NCBI GenBank assembly: GCA_041483895.1
Contig: JBGPGO010000003.1
Location: 160,001 to 224,000, forward strand
DNA length: 64,000 bases
DNA from: Fimbriimonadia bacterium
GTDB taxonomy: Bacteria; Armatimonadota; Fimbriimonadia; Fimbriimonadales; JABRVX01
Direction: 5' to 3'
This document shows positions 19,725 to 29,395 of this stretch, piece after piece. The notes beneath the pieces are model-generated. The model was not told where the DNA came from. It did not search any database and saw only the letters and a list, made by a program, of their open reading frames with translations. The number at the start of each line of letters is the position of its first letter. Position 1 is the stretch's first letter. The position numbers and the translations under genes are program-made.

Positions 19725-20524
19725 ACGCCGCCGTCGGTTTGCCACGGAGGCATTGGATCGGTCAGCCACCAATACCGGTCGTAGAAAAGGAACTTGCCGT
19801 CCGCATCATATGCCGTCAACCACGCGGCAACACCTTTTGATTGCGAGTGGCGAGTTGTCTCCGGAGGATACTCGAACTCGGGCTCGGGAAAAGAGACGGT
19901 GATGTCGACCCTGATGATCTTCATCGGCGTTGGCAGGTCGAAGGATTTGATTGAAGACCGGATCGACGATAATTGGGGTCGCCTAAGATGTGCGAGATAG
20001 GAACTCGGTGAGGTCGGATCGTATTCCGCCGTCTGGAGCACAATGTAGCAGCGGGCTGCCAAGAGCCAGATCTTATGCAACGCCATCCCTCCAGGTCCGG
20101 GGGATGTGCTTAGGGTTACTTCATTGCAGTGTTCGATTTCGTTCCAAAAACTGTTCGGCAGCCGCGCAAGCATTTGTCCGATCGCCAAGCGATCGCAGCG
20201 TATGCTTAAGGCGATTGATTCTGCGCTGGGCGTTGCTTGTTGGTTATCCTTTGCCCGAATCATTTGTTCTTCCAGCGCAGCAATTTTTGCCGGAGGCATG
20301 CAGGACTTGCGCGCAAATCGCTCTTTTAGCTCTGGACCGTCCGAAAAGTGGCTGACGGGACAAACATACGCTTGGGTAAAGTCCTCCTTCAGTTGCCGCC
20401 CGGTTATGTGCTTTGAGGAGTCATGCTGAAGCAGTTGCAGGGGCACGTCCGCCGATAAGCACCGACTCCCGAAGCAGAACGATAAACCGACGGCTAGCAC
20501 GCAAGCAGCAGTCCCTGGCGCCAT
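19721..20524 (-). CDS. Hypothetical exported protein
   Basis: Long ORF with SD GGAGG and signal-peptide-like N-terminus; no family recognised. Confidence 0.5.
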   Translation of the reverse strand: MAPGTAACVLAVGLSFCFGSRCLSADVPLQLLQHDSSKHITGRQLKEDFTQAYVCPVSHFSDGPELKERFARKSCMPPAKIAALEEQMIRAKDNQQATPSAESIALSIRCDRLAIGQMLARLPNSFWNEIEHCNEVTLSTSPGPGGMALHKIWLLAARCYIVLQTAEYDPTSPSSYLAHLRRPQLSSIRSSIKSFDLPTPMKIIRVDITVSFPEPEFEYPPETTRHSQSKGVAAWLTAYDADGKFLFYDRYWWLTDPMPPWQTDGGV

Positions 20525-20572
20525 TTCCATCACCTCCAAAGTGAATTGTAGCCAATAGCCAAGTACTTATGT

Positions 20573-20741
20573 GTAGCCGCAGATTTTCGTACTGGCACCC
20601 TGACCGAATCGCCACGAACAAAATCTGCGAGTGACCACGGTGGAAATTCCAATTCGGTTGGATATGGGTAATGACGGCCGCCCACGCGGTTCTTGGCGCT
20701 GGTGGTTCGGTCAGGGTTTCAGAACGAGGAACCGCGGCTAC
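20573..20741. repeat. GTAG-bounded REPIN-like element
   Basis: GTAGCCGCAG...CCGCGGCTAC terminal inverted repeats; reverse complement aligns with 23113-23275. Confidence 0.85.
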
Positions 20742-20759
20742 TAAACAGACGATCCGCCT

Positions 20760-21116
20760 CTACCAATTCAACAAAAACTCCCCCAAAACGGCGGCGAGGT
20801 AGCTGGCTAGGATGATGGTGCCGAGGCTGGCCCAGGGCATCGACGTGTAGTACCAGGCTGGGGGCAGATAGAACGGGATGGCAAGCACCAGGCTGCAGGT
20901 GCCGATCACCATCGCTTGCACACAGCGCTCCTGCATCGTGCGGGGATAGAATAGCGTCGCGAACCGGTCCCGTTGCGGCATCGGCAGACGGGAGAGGCCC
21001 TCCATCACCTTGTCGCGATATTTATGCGATCGCCGCTTGCGCCCGTCGAAATAGATCCAGCCGAACGTCTGCATGAACGAAAGCGCGAACGCCAACTCCA
21101 GCCAGCCGAGCTTCAA
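20760..21116 (-). CDS. Small hypothetical membrane protein
   Basis: Three hydrophobic segments; start overlaps the upstream stop (TTGA). Confidence 0.6.
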   Translation of the reverse strand: MKLGWLELAFALSFMQTFGWIYFDGRKRRSHKYRDKVMEGLSRLPMPQRDRFATLFYPRTMQERCVQAMVIGTCSLVLAIPFYLPPAWYYTSMPWASLGTIILASYLAAVLGEFLLNW

Positions 21117-22036
21117 TGCGTTTCCTTCAGATACTTCCCGAACCAGTCGCTCATCTCTTTCTTAACCAGATCGGGCGGGGCGCTGTGCGAGCCGTCGTAC
21201 CATACGATCTTTTTCGGCTCCTTGCACGCCGCCTGAAAGGCCTTGGCGGCCGGCGGCACGACTATGGTGTCCTTTTCGCCGTTGATGAGCAGTACCGGAC
21301 GCGGCGAGATGCGGCCCACCCAAATGTCCGGATCGAACGGCGCCCACGCCTCCACCACCGGCTTTCTCGCGCCGGCCTGCTTTATCGCCCCATTGGTGGA
21401 AAGCGGGATGATGGTGTCCTTGAGGATCAGCTCCCAGTTGCCGCCGCCGACCACAAAGACAGCCGCGGCGATGCGTGTGTCCGTCGCGCAAAAGACGGAG
21501 CCGACAATCGAGCCCATGCTGACGCCCAGATACCCGATGCGGCCCATATCGATATCCGGCCGGGTGGCAAGGTAGTCCAGGCCCCGGCGTAGGTCCACCA
21601 CCGTCTGTGCGATGGCGTTTCGGGCTTCGTAGGGGAAGTCGAACAGTCGGGTGGGGGCAAGGAAGCGGGGCCGGTCGCCGTGGCTCACCATGTCGATGGC
21701 CAGGCAGGCATAGCCCTCCTTGACCAGCGGCTCCCAGAGGGACTTCATGGACTTCTTTGAGCCTCCCAGGCCGTGCTGCAGGATGACACAGGGCAGCTTG
21801 CCGGTCGAAGTCTGGGGCAGGACCAGGATGCCGGGTACCCGCTCGTTATGGGCGCTTGTATAGGCGATTTCGTACATCCGGTATCCGTCCGTCGGGACCT
21901 CTTTGAGTTCGGGTTTAAGATCCGCCGCGGCGTCGTAGGCGATGAGGGCCTGGCCGATGGCGAGCGGGTCCTGGCCGGCGTGGACGGCGGAGGCGAGGAA
22001 CACAGCCGCCAAAAGAGCGCGTCTAACAAGAAGCAT
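21113..22036 (-). CDS. Secreted alpha/beta hydrolase (esterase-like)
   Basis: HGLGG oxyanion motif, GVSMG nucleophile, GEKDTIV, GSH. Confidence 0.9.
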   Translation of the reverse strand: MLLVRRALLAAVFLASAVHAGQDPLAIGQALIAYDAAADLKPELKEVPTDGYRMYEIAYTSAHNERVPGILVLPQTSTGKLPCVILQHGLGGSKKSMKSLWEPLVKEGYACLAIDMVSHGDRPRFLAPTRLFDFPYEARNAIAQTVVDLRRGLDYLATRPDIDMGRIGYLGVSMGSIVGSVFCATDTRIAAAVFVVGGGNWELILKDTIIPLSTNGAIKQAGARKPVVEAWAPFDPDIWVGRISPRPVLLINGEKDTIVVPPAAKAFQAACKEPKKIVWYDGSHSAPPDLVKKEMSDWFGKYLKETH

Positions 22037-22056
22037 GGGTGCAGTTTACTTGAGGT

Positions 22057-22180
22057 GGAGGGCACCGTTCCATCGGAGCCTCGACGCGGACGGTTCGGCT
22101 CCGATGGAACGGTGCACTCCAGTTTCGGCTGCGACGGAGCGCAGCCCTCCAGTTTCGGCTCCGATGGAACGGAGCCCTCT
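22057..22180. repeat. REP-like palindrome cluster (one inverted plus three tandem 30-bp units)
   Basis: ggagggcaccgttccatcggagcc then ggctccgatggaacggtgcactcc-type units at 30-bp period. Confidence 0.85.
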
Positions 22181-22238
22181 AGGACGATATTTGAATGAGG
22201 CGACCGTTCCGGGTAGGATCGATGCCGCCTCGTAACGC

Positions 22239-22314
<76 letters not shown>

Positions 22315-22339
22315 TATGTCTCCGGGTATCCTCTTGTCG

Positions 22340-23116
22340 ATGACCCTTACCGTCGCCGGCATTCGCAATCAGGTGATTCAGGGCGATTGCCTAGTGGAAT
22401 TGGCCAAGCTGCCGGATGAGTGTGTGGACCTCATCTTCATCGATCCCCCGTATTTCCTTCAACTGCCTGGGAAGAAACTGCTGCGATGGAACGTGCGGAG
22501 CGAGGTGGACGGGGTGGATGACGAATGGGACAAGTTCGACTCGTTTGAGGACTACGATCGGTTCATCCGGGGGCTTCTGATCGAGTGCCGGCGCGTGATG
22601 AAATCGACCGCCTCCATCTGGGTCATAGGGACCTATCACAACATCTTCCGCCTGGGCGCGCTGATGCAGGATATGGGATTTTGGATTCTCAACGACGTGC
22701 ATTGGGTGAAGACCAACCCGATGCCCAACTGGCTGGGCGTGCGGTTTACGAATGCCACCGAGACGCTGATCTGGGCGGTGCGGGAACAGGGCGCCAAGGG
22801 TCACGCGTTCGACAAGCAGGCGGCGCGCGAATTTGGGATGGGGAAGATTGGGGACAACGTTTGGGTGCTTCCGATCTGCGGCGGATCGCAGCGGCTCAAG
22901 GGTCCGGATGGATTGAAGTTGCATTCGACGCAGAAACCGGTGGAGCTGTTGCGGCGGGTGATTCTCTGCTCATCGCGTCCGGGGGATTTGGTTTTGGATC
23001 CGGTGGCGGGGACGGGGACAACGGGCTTTGTCGCCGCGTCGTTGGGCCGCGACTATTTGATGATCGAGGCGAATGCGAAATACGTTGCCGGCATCCGAGA
23101 GCGGCTGTCCTCGTAG
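22340..23116 (+). CDS. Orphan DNA adenine methyltransferase, beta class, CcrM/M.HinfI-like
   Basis: DPPY, WVIGTYHNIFR, NPMPN..G.RFTNA.ETLIWA, HSTQKP, LDPVAGTGTT. Confidence 0.9.
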   Translation: MTLTVAGIRNQVIQGDCLVELAKLPDECVDLIFIDPPYFLQLPGKKLLRWNVRSEVDGVDDEWDKFDSFEDYDRFIRGLLIECRRVMKSTASIWVIGTYHNIFRLGALMQDMGFWILNDVHWVKTNPMPNWLGVRFTNATETLIWAVREQGAKGHAFDKQAAREFGMGKIGDNVWVLPICGGSQRLKGPDGLKLHSTQKPVELLRRVILCSSRPGDLVLDPVAGTGTTGFVAASLGRDYLMIEANAKYVAGIRERLSS

Positions 23117-23402
23117 GCGCGGTTCCTCGTTCTGTAATCCTTCCCGAATCACCAGCACCAAGAACCGCGTCGATGGCCGTAATTGCAAATCCGTTTTGGA
23201 AATGCCATCGTGGTCACTCGCAGATTTTGTTTGTGGCGATTTGGTAAGGGTATCAGAACGAGAATCTGCGGCTACAACAAAACGCAGATTTTGTTCGTGG
23301 CAATTCGGGCAGGGGTCAGAACGAGAATCTGCGGCTACAACAAAACGCAGATTTTGTTTGTGGCGATTTGGTAGGGGTATCGGAACGAGAATCTGCGGCT
23401 AC
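23113..23402. repeat. GTAG-bounded REPIN-like element with triplicated terminal hairpin unit
   Basis: Units start at 23219, 23283 and 23346 (period 63-64 bp): cgcagattttg...gagaatctgcggctac. Confidence 0.9.
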
Positions 23403-24925
23403 GAAGAATCGTTGAGGTGTTCGCGGGCTGCGTTGATGGCGGTCGCGTCTTCGGATTGCAGAGAGGCGGCGGAGGAGATGGAGTCGGAAAGATCGATGCC
23501 CCGTTCGCGCAGGATGCGGATCATCTCAAACTCCTCAATCCCCTTGCGAAGCAATTCGAAACGCACGCTGCTGATCTGACCGGGGTAGACCAGAAAGGTG
23601 TCTCCCGCAGGCCAGGGACCGAATCGTGAATCGAAAAACGGGTCTTCCGGCCAGGAGTTGTAGGCCCAGCGCAAGAAGCCCTCGTGGCCCGAGTGCGCCG
23701 CTTGCCACCCAATGCGGCGGATGTCGGCAGGGGCCGTCGCCGTCATCGTGTTCGGACGCAACGGCCCGCAGCAGACATAGTATGTGGATGTCTGACCGCG
23801 CTGGCGTCGCTCCTCAATCGCATCGGGCGGTATTCCCGGATAGATGGCGCAATAGTCGTCGATATCGCCGGAGAATGCCGGATACCAATTGCCGGCCAGC
23901 GAAATGCCGAGACGCGGGGCGATGGATTTGACCAATTTGATCATCGCGCCGGTCACATCCTCACCCGCCTCGTCCAGCGCGATGCAGGTCTTGTCCAGCC
24001 AGCCATTCTCTTCCAGATGATGCTCGAACGCGGGCAGAAACTGCGCCCACAATCCCCGGAACAAATCGGAATCGATCTTGCAAGTCAGGGTTGCCGGTTG
24101 GTTAGCGGCGTCCACATATTGAAGATCAAAATCCGGCTTTCCCCCCGGACCCTTGGTCAATGAATAACACTCAATTCGCCGATCGATACCGACCGATTCG
24201 CACAGCCGCACCCATCGATAGAAATTGGTGAAGTCATATTCGAATCCAGTAGAAATTCCATGCCAAACAATCATGCTGTCGAACGGATCAAATGTCTGCG
24301 AATTCCAAGGATCGTGGATGATGGTCGCCGTTACCACTTTCTGTCCCCCGTCGGCCAGCATCTGGAGATAGGGCCGGCAGCGCTCGAAATGCTCGTCCGA
24401 CCAAGGCTCCATCTCGTGCCAGCGTGCGATCGCGCGAGGATGCTGCCATAGGTCGAGATAGAAGCTCCAGTCCTTCGGCTCCGGCAACTGGGCCGGCAGC
24501 ACGTGCAGATCGAGCGGCAATGCGACCGGTTCAGAATCCCGCGCCGTCACCATCACTGTCCCGGTGTACTTTCCCGGCGCGGCGTCGCGCGGTACGTCGA
24601 TCAGAAGCCAATAGACGAACACCTCGCCATCCGGGAGCGGCCAGGTATCGGTGGGTTGCAGCGCGTCGAAGTAGGATTCCCCGTCGTCGCTCTGGGTGAC
24701 AAAGGCGGTGTGGATTCGGACGCAGTCGGCGGGAAGCTCTGCCAAAGCGAGTCCAACAGCGACATCAAGTGTGGGCCGATCCGCGCGGACGAATAGTTTG
24801 ATCAGCGCCCGCTCTCCACGCCATGCCCGGAGCATCGGTTGCCCATCGCCGGACCCGAAATCGACCGGATACCGGTTGGAGCCGCACGGATCGGCGAAGC
24901 TCGCCTCAATCACGGCGTCAGCCAC
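23399..24925 (-). CDS. DUF4091-domain glycoside hydrolase (GH123-like)
   Basis: FYLDLWQHP, IALDE, YYVCC, GFLRWAYNSW, GDTFLVYPG..SSVRFELLRKGIEEFE. Confidence 0.85.
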   Translation of the reverse strand: MADAVIEASFADPCGSNRYPVDFGSGDGQPMLRAWRGERALIKLFVRADRPTLDVAVGLALAELPADCVRIHTAFVTQSDDGESYFDALQPTDTWPLPDGEVFVYWLLIDVPRDAAPGKYTGTVMVTARDSEPVALPLDLHVLPAQLPEPKDWSFYLDLWQHPRAIARWHEMEPWSDEHFERCRPYLQMLADGGQKVVTATIIHDPWNSQTFDPFDSMIVWHGISTGFEYDFTNFYRWVRLCESVGIDRRIECYSLTKGPGGKPDFDLQYVDAANQPATLTCKIDSDLFRGLWAQFLPAFEHHLEENGWLDKTCIALDEAGEDVTGAMIKLVKSIAPRLGISLAGNWYPAFSGDIDDYCAIYPGIPPDAIEERRQRGQTSTYYVCCGPLRPNTMTATAPADIRRIGWQAAHSGHEGFLRWAYNSWPEDPFFDSRFGPWPAGDTFLVYPGQISSVRFELLRKGIEEFEMIRILRERGIDLSDSISSAASLQSEDATAINAAREHLNDSS

Positions 24926-25857
24926 TTCTCGTATTCAAATGTGTCGTTGGCATGTTGGTAGCCCAAGCGTCGGTTGGTGGCAAGCATGGCCTCGTTGTTC
25001 TTTGCATTCTCGGTCATTGCCAGTTTGTACCCGTCATCTCTTGCCTGCTTGAGGGAAACGAGTTTCATCACGCCCGACAGGCCCTTGCCGCGGTGATCGC
25101 GCTCGACGCCGGTCATATCGGTAAATACGATCTTCTTCGGGCGATATCCCAGCGCCGTCATGCCGACGAACTGGTTGTCTTTCATAGCGACCACGAGCTG
25201 TCGCGGGGCCGTTCCCGGGCTGTGAAAAATCCACTTTTCCCAGGCCTCGTAGCTTTGGGGTTGCGGAACGGTTCCCTCCGTCGGCATGTCGCCGTCCGCC
25301 TGAACGGTGAGGGCATGAACCTGCCGGCGGTTTTCCGGCGTGTCGCACTGATCGAAAGTCAAGAATTGATACCCGGCCGCTTGCAGTTCGACGGCTCGCT
25401 CAGCAAAGACATGGAACTGCGCTTCGGAGAGAAGCAGCTTCGATTCGGAGTTCTTGTTGACGCATTTCATGCCCATTTTTTCCAAGAACATTCCGCCGCC
25501 AGGGTCCGTGGACGACGACCAGGATTGCATTATTCGCGCGCCGCTCTTCCAGGCGATCTCTTCAATATCTTGGAACAGCCTTGTTCCGATGCCGCGTCGG
25601 CGCCATTCGTCCGCTACCACGGTGTGCATCCATCCACCGTCCCGATCTTCACCACGGATTTTGATGCGAGCGCTGGCCATCCCAAATAACTGGGAGTCGT
25701 GCTCCGCCACCAAACGGAACACCTGTCCGTTGGGGTCGGCCGTCTCCCATCGCGATTCCATTTCTTCGGCGGAGGTGGCGAGATGGTCTGGCCAGACGGA
25801 ATTGGTCAGCTCCACAATTCGCTCGATGTCGGCGCGGGATGCATGTCGATATGTGAT
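24910..25857 (-). CDS. Tandem-domain GNAT acetyltransferase; start uncertain (ATC 25857 or GTG 25815)
   Basis: VADEWRRRGIGT and TGVERDHRGKGLS motifs; N..ML.TN.RLGY. Confidence 0.85.
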   Translation of the reverse strand: MTYRHASRADIERIVELTNSVWPDHLATSAEEMESRWETADPNGQVFRLVAEHDSQLFGMASARIKIRGEDRDGGWMHTVVADEWRRRGIGTRLFQDIEEIAWKSGARIMQSWSSSTDPGGGMFLEKMGMKCVNKNSESKLLLSEAQFHVFAERAVELQAAGYQFLTFDQCDTPENRRQVHALTVQADGDMPTEGTVPQPQSYEAWEKWIFHSPGTAPRQLVVAMKDNQFVGMTALGYRPKKIVFTDMTGVERDHRGKGLSGVMKLVSLKQARDDGYKLAMTENAKNNEAMLATNRRLGYQHANDTFEYEKWLTP

Positions 25858-25877
25858 CTGTGGGTCCTTAAAAAAAA

Positions 25878-25952
25878 TGGTAAGCCGGGTGGGATTCGAA
25901 CCCACGGCCCACGGCTTAAAAGGCCGTTGCTCTACCACTGAGCTACCGGCTC
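25878..25952 (-). tRNA. tRNA-Lys(TTT)
   Basis: Minus strand GAGCCGGTAGCTCAGTGGTAGAGCAACGGCCTTTTAAGCCGTGGGCCGTGGGTTCGAATCCCACCCGGCTTACCA. Confidence 0.96.
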
Positions 25953-25986
25953 ACAGCGGAAAAGCATACCTGACCTTTTCTCCCTT

Positions 25987-26086
25987 GCGCTGGGGTCTTG
26001 GGTATCGGTGCTCGAAAGGAACTGTCGGACGAGAACCCCAGCGCATCGGGGGTGGGGTGTTACGCGCTGGGGTCTTGGGTATCGGT
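25987..26086. repeat. Long-loop hairpin repeat (one full plus one partial copy), related to the 17893-18089 units
   Basis: gcgctggggtcttgggtatcggt occurs twice; gcgctggggt...accccagcgc stem. Confidence 0.7.
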
Positions 26087-26219
26087 TTGTGGCCCGTGTA
26101 CAAATGTAACGAAGCGCCGTCAGTTGGGATGACAGCGCTCCGTCGCGAGAGTAGGTTATGAAACCTTAGATTCGTACCGTCAAACGCGTGAGCTGCGGGA
26201 AAAGTTCGGCAAAGGCGAA

Positions 26220-27011
26220 TTATGTGCGCGAGTCTGTCTGTTTTCGAAGCTCGCTCGCGTATTGGGCAAGCTGAGTGGGAGGCATTTCAGAAAAAACGAC
26301 GTAGGTCCGGTCGCCCGTCTGCCAGCAAAGGGCCGCACGGGGTCCCGTCTCGTAGCACTGGTATTCCGCTCCGCGATAGGTCATCTTCATTCCGCTTGGC
26401 AGGTGGCCGCCTCGCTTCAGGTACATCATCAAGCAGAGCATTTTCTTGGACGGCGCCTGAAAATCGTATCGGACCTGGCCAAGCTTCGCATTGACGACGG
26501 TCACGGCCATCATGCGCAGACCGCTGGATTGAACCTGCAGTACCGGGGTCTTCTCGCCAACATTGGCCTCAATGTGGGCCATTGCCCGCGAAGCATCGGA
26601 GGTTTCCAGCTTGCCCGGCTCATCCATCATCATGTCCATCGGCTCCAGCATTTCCGATACCTGGACGTTGTACTGCGGGAGATTTCTGTAGTGATTGATG
26701 CCGAGAAGAACGATAATCACTGCCGCTGCCGTGGATGCCCAAACGAGTCGTGGGAACGACCAGATTCGGTTCCGATCCATCTCGGCTTGGACCGCGGCCG
26801 ATACCGCAGCGGGCATGGCGGCTGGTGCGGTATCGGCGCCGAACGACCTCATCCGCTCTCGATAAATGGCCAGGTCGGCCACAACTTGCGAACAGTCGGC
26901 GCAGGACGGCACGTGGGCTTCCAAATCGCGCCGGTCCTGGTCGGACATCGGCGCGTGGTCAGCCCACGCGCGAAGCGTCTCCCTGTCAAATCGGTCGCAT
27001 CCGTTGTTCAT
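26220..27011 (-). CDS. Zinc-finger (HxxxCxxC) transmembrane anti-sigma factor
   Basis: HVPSCADC, single TM, coupled to ECF sigma by ATGA overlap. Confidence 0.88.
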   Translation of the reverse strand: MNNGCDRFDRETLRAWADHAPMSDQDRRDLEAHVPSCADCSQVVADLAIYRERMRSFGADTAPAAMPAAVSAAVQAEMDRNRIWSFPRLVWASTAAAVIIVLLGINHYRNLPQYNVQVSEMLEPMDMMMDEPGKLETSDASRAMAHIEANVGEKTPVLQVQSSGLRMMAVTVVNAKLGQVRYDFQAPSKKMLCLMMYLKRGGHLPSGMKMTYRGAEYQCYETGPRAALCWQTGDRTYVVFSEMPPTQLAQYASELRKQTDSRT

Positions 27012-27550
27012 TTCGTCGATTCCGTCTTGCCGATCCGTCGATTGCTCGCGTAATCGGCCAGCAATCTCTTCAATATCTCCCGCCCCCGATTCAATCGAGA
27101 CCGGACGGTTCCAATCGGGATGCCGATGGTGTCCGCAGCCTCTTCGTACGTCATCCCTTCCAAGTCCACGAGAACGACCGCAAGCCTGACACCCTCCGAA
27201 AGCGACTTCAAAGCGCAGTCGATTTCCTCATCCAAAGCGCCCGCAATCTCTATCGTTCCATCGCCTTCCGGCGCCGGCATTTCATCGTCCAGGCCGGTGA
27301 TATTCACCTTGCGCGTCTTACGAATCAGGCTGATGTACCGATTTGTCAGAATACGAATCAGCCAGGCCTTCTCATTCGTCCCTTCCGCAAAGGTATCGAA
27401 GGCTCGGAAGGCCCGCAACAGGGTGTCCTGGAGCAGATCCTGGGCATCGTCCGGATTTCGGCTCAGGCGGAGCGCTGCACCGTATATGCCCGCCCCGTGC
27501 TCTTCGACCATCTGGTCGAACCGCGCCTGCTTCGATCGGTCGGTACTCAT
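27008..27550 (-). CDS. ECF RNA polymerase sigma factor
   Basis: DAQDLLQDT..RA, KAWLIRI, YEEAA..IGIPIGTVRSRLNRGR. Confidence 0.95.
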   Translation of the reverse strand: MSTDRSKQARFDQMVEEHGAGIYGAALRLSRNPDDAQDLLQDTLLRAFRAFDTFAEGTNEKAWLIRILTNRYISLIRKTRKVNITGLDDEMPAPEGDGTIEIAGALDEEIDCALKSLSEGVRLAVVLVDLEGMTYEEAADTIGIPIGTVRSRLNRGREILKRLLADYASNRRIGKTESTK

Positions 27551-27641
27551 CTAAACGCCTACTATAGCCGGAATGGTTCGCCCATTGCATGTACCCTTAC
27601 CTGGTTTGCCGTTGTGGCGTTAGGTGTGGCAGAATCGGCGA

Positions 27642-29072
27642 ATGTCTGTACGCGTTCGTTTCGCCCCCAGTCCCACCGGTTTCCCCCATGTCGGCAATAT
27701 TCGGACAGCGCTGTTCGACTGGCTGCTCGCCCGGAATATGGGCGGAACGTTCATTCTGCGCGTCGAGGATACGGACCGGTCCAGGGAGGTGGAGGGGGCG
27801 CGGGAGGGGATAAAGGAGGCGCTCCGGTGGCTCGGGATGGATTGGGACGAGGGGCCGGACGTGGGCGGACCGTTCGCTCCTTACAATCAGAGCGAGCGGC
27901 TTTCGATCTATCAGCCTCTGTACCAGCAGCTTCTGGCCCAGGGAGACGCGTACAAGTGTTTCTGTACCTCGGAGCGGCTTGCCGGGCTGCGGAAGAGCCA
28001 GGAAGAGGCGAAGAAGCCCACGATGTACGACCGGCACTGTCGCCAGCTGTCCGATGCGCCGGAAGGGCAGCCGTTCGTCATCCGATTGAAGATGCCGCTC
28101 GAGGGCAAGACCGTGCTTCACGACTATCTGCGCGGCGATGTCGAGTTCGACAACGCGCTCGTCGACGACCCGGTCCTGATCAAGAGCGACGGCTTTCCGA
28201 CCTACCATTTCGCGGCGATGGTGGACGACCATCTGATGGAGATAACACATGTCATCCGGGCGGAGGAGTGGATCAGCAGCGCGCCCAAGCATATCCGGCT
28301 GTACGAGGCATTTGGATGGCAGCAGCCGATCTGGGTGCACCCATCCATCATCCTCGGACCCGACCGCAAGCGTTTGAGCAAGCGGCATGGGGCGACCGAG
28401 GCGCTGGCTTTCCGCGACGAAGGCGTTTTGCCGGATGCCCTGGTGAACTTTTTGGCCCTATGCGGCTGGTCGCCGGGAGACGATCGGGAAGTGATGACGC
28501 GGCGGGAGCTGATCGAGGCGTTTTCCCTGGACGGGATCCAGGTCAGCCCGGCGATTTTCGATCACGAGAAACTGAAGTGGATGAATGGGGTCTACATCCG
28601 CCAGATGCCCTTGCCGGTGTTTGGCGCGGCATGCCGGCCGTATTTGGGAGAAGTGGATGCACCAGACGAGTATATCGAGGCAGTGGTGGCTTTGGAGCAG
28701 GAGCGTGTCCGGACACTGTCGGAGATCAAGGAGGCAACATCGTTTTTCTTTGATGAGGCCTTCGAGTACGACGAGAAGGGGGTCGAGAAGTGGTTTCGGC
28801 AGGGCGATCCTCGTCCTATCTTGGAGGCGATGGTGCGGCGCTTGGCGGCGCAAGAGCACTGGTCGGCGGACGGGCTCGCGCCGATCGCTGACGCCGTCGC
28901 GGAGGAACTTGGGCTGGAAAAGCGGGCCCCGGTTATCCACACGGCGCGAGTCGCAATCTCCGGCCGGACCGGCGGTCCGGGTCTATTCGACATGATGACG
29001 GTCATGGGAAAGGACCGGGTCTTGCGTCGCATTCATAGGACGCTTGAAACCCATTCGGCTTCAGCGCCGTAG
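27642..29072 (+). CDS. gltX: Glutamate--tRNA ligase
   Basis: RFAPSPTG.PHVGN, LRVEDTD, KRLSKR, anticodon-binding domain. Confidence 0.97.
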   Translation: MSVRVRFAPSPTGFPHVGNIRTALFDWLLARNMGGTFILRVEDTDRSREVEGAREGIKEALRWLGMDWDEGPDVGGPFAPYNQSERLSIYQPLYQQLLAQGDAYKCFCTSERLAGLRKSQEEAKKPTMYDRHCRQLSDAPEGQPFVIRLKMPLEGKTVLHDYLRGDVEFDNALVDDPVLIKSDGFPTYHFAAMVDDHLMEITHVIRAEEWISSAPKHIRLYEAFGWQQPIWVHPSIILGPDRKRLSKRHGATEALAFRDEGVLPDALVNFLALCGWSPGDDREVMTRRELIEAFSLDGIQVSPAIFDHEKLKWMNGVYIRQMPLPVFGAACRPYLGEVDAPDEYIEAVVALEQERVRTLSEIKEATSFFFDEAFEYDEKGVEKWFRQGDPRPILEAMVRRLAAQEHWSADGLAPIADAVAEELGLEKRAPVIHTARVAISGRTGGPGLFDMMTVMGKDRVLRRIHRTLETHSASAP

Positions 29073-29074
29073 CA

Positions 29075-29386
29075 GTGCTATTGGGAATATTGGAAATTGT
29101 CATCCTTTTCGCATTCGTCGTCATCCTGGTCGTTGTGATCATGGTCATGATACGGTTTTTCGTGCGCGGACCGGCGCTTGGGGGCGGATCGGAGGGGAAT
29201 GTGCACCAGATGCGCCAAGAAATCGATGCGTTGCGTGACGAGGTTAGGGATCTGAAGGCTTTGGCCACCAACAGCACGGCAAGCGTGGATCGCACTTTGC
29301 AACTCTACTCTGAGCGCCTCGATAAGGTCGAATCCAAGGTCCATCAGTCCGATGAGCAAGTTCAGCGGCTGGGGAATGATGTATGA
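29075..29386 (+). CDS. Small single-TM coiled-coil protein (paralog 1 of 4)
   Basis: N-terminal TM, heptad region, ends QRLG. Confidence 0.75.
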   Translation: MLLGILEIVILFAFVVILVVVIMVMIRFFVRGPALGGGSEGNVHQMRQEIDALRDEVRDLKALATNSTASVDRTLQLYSERLDKVESKVHQSDEQVQRLGNDV

Positions 29387-29395
29387 TACACACGC

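Noticed and set aside
23219..23402. CRISPR array
   Set aside because: The would-be spacers are homologous to each other, the unit belongs to a dispersed GTAG element, and no cas genes are present
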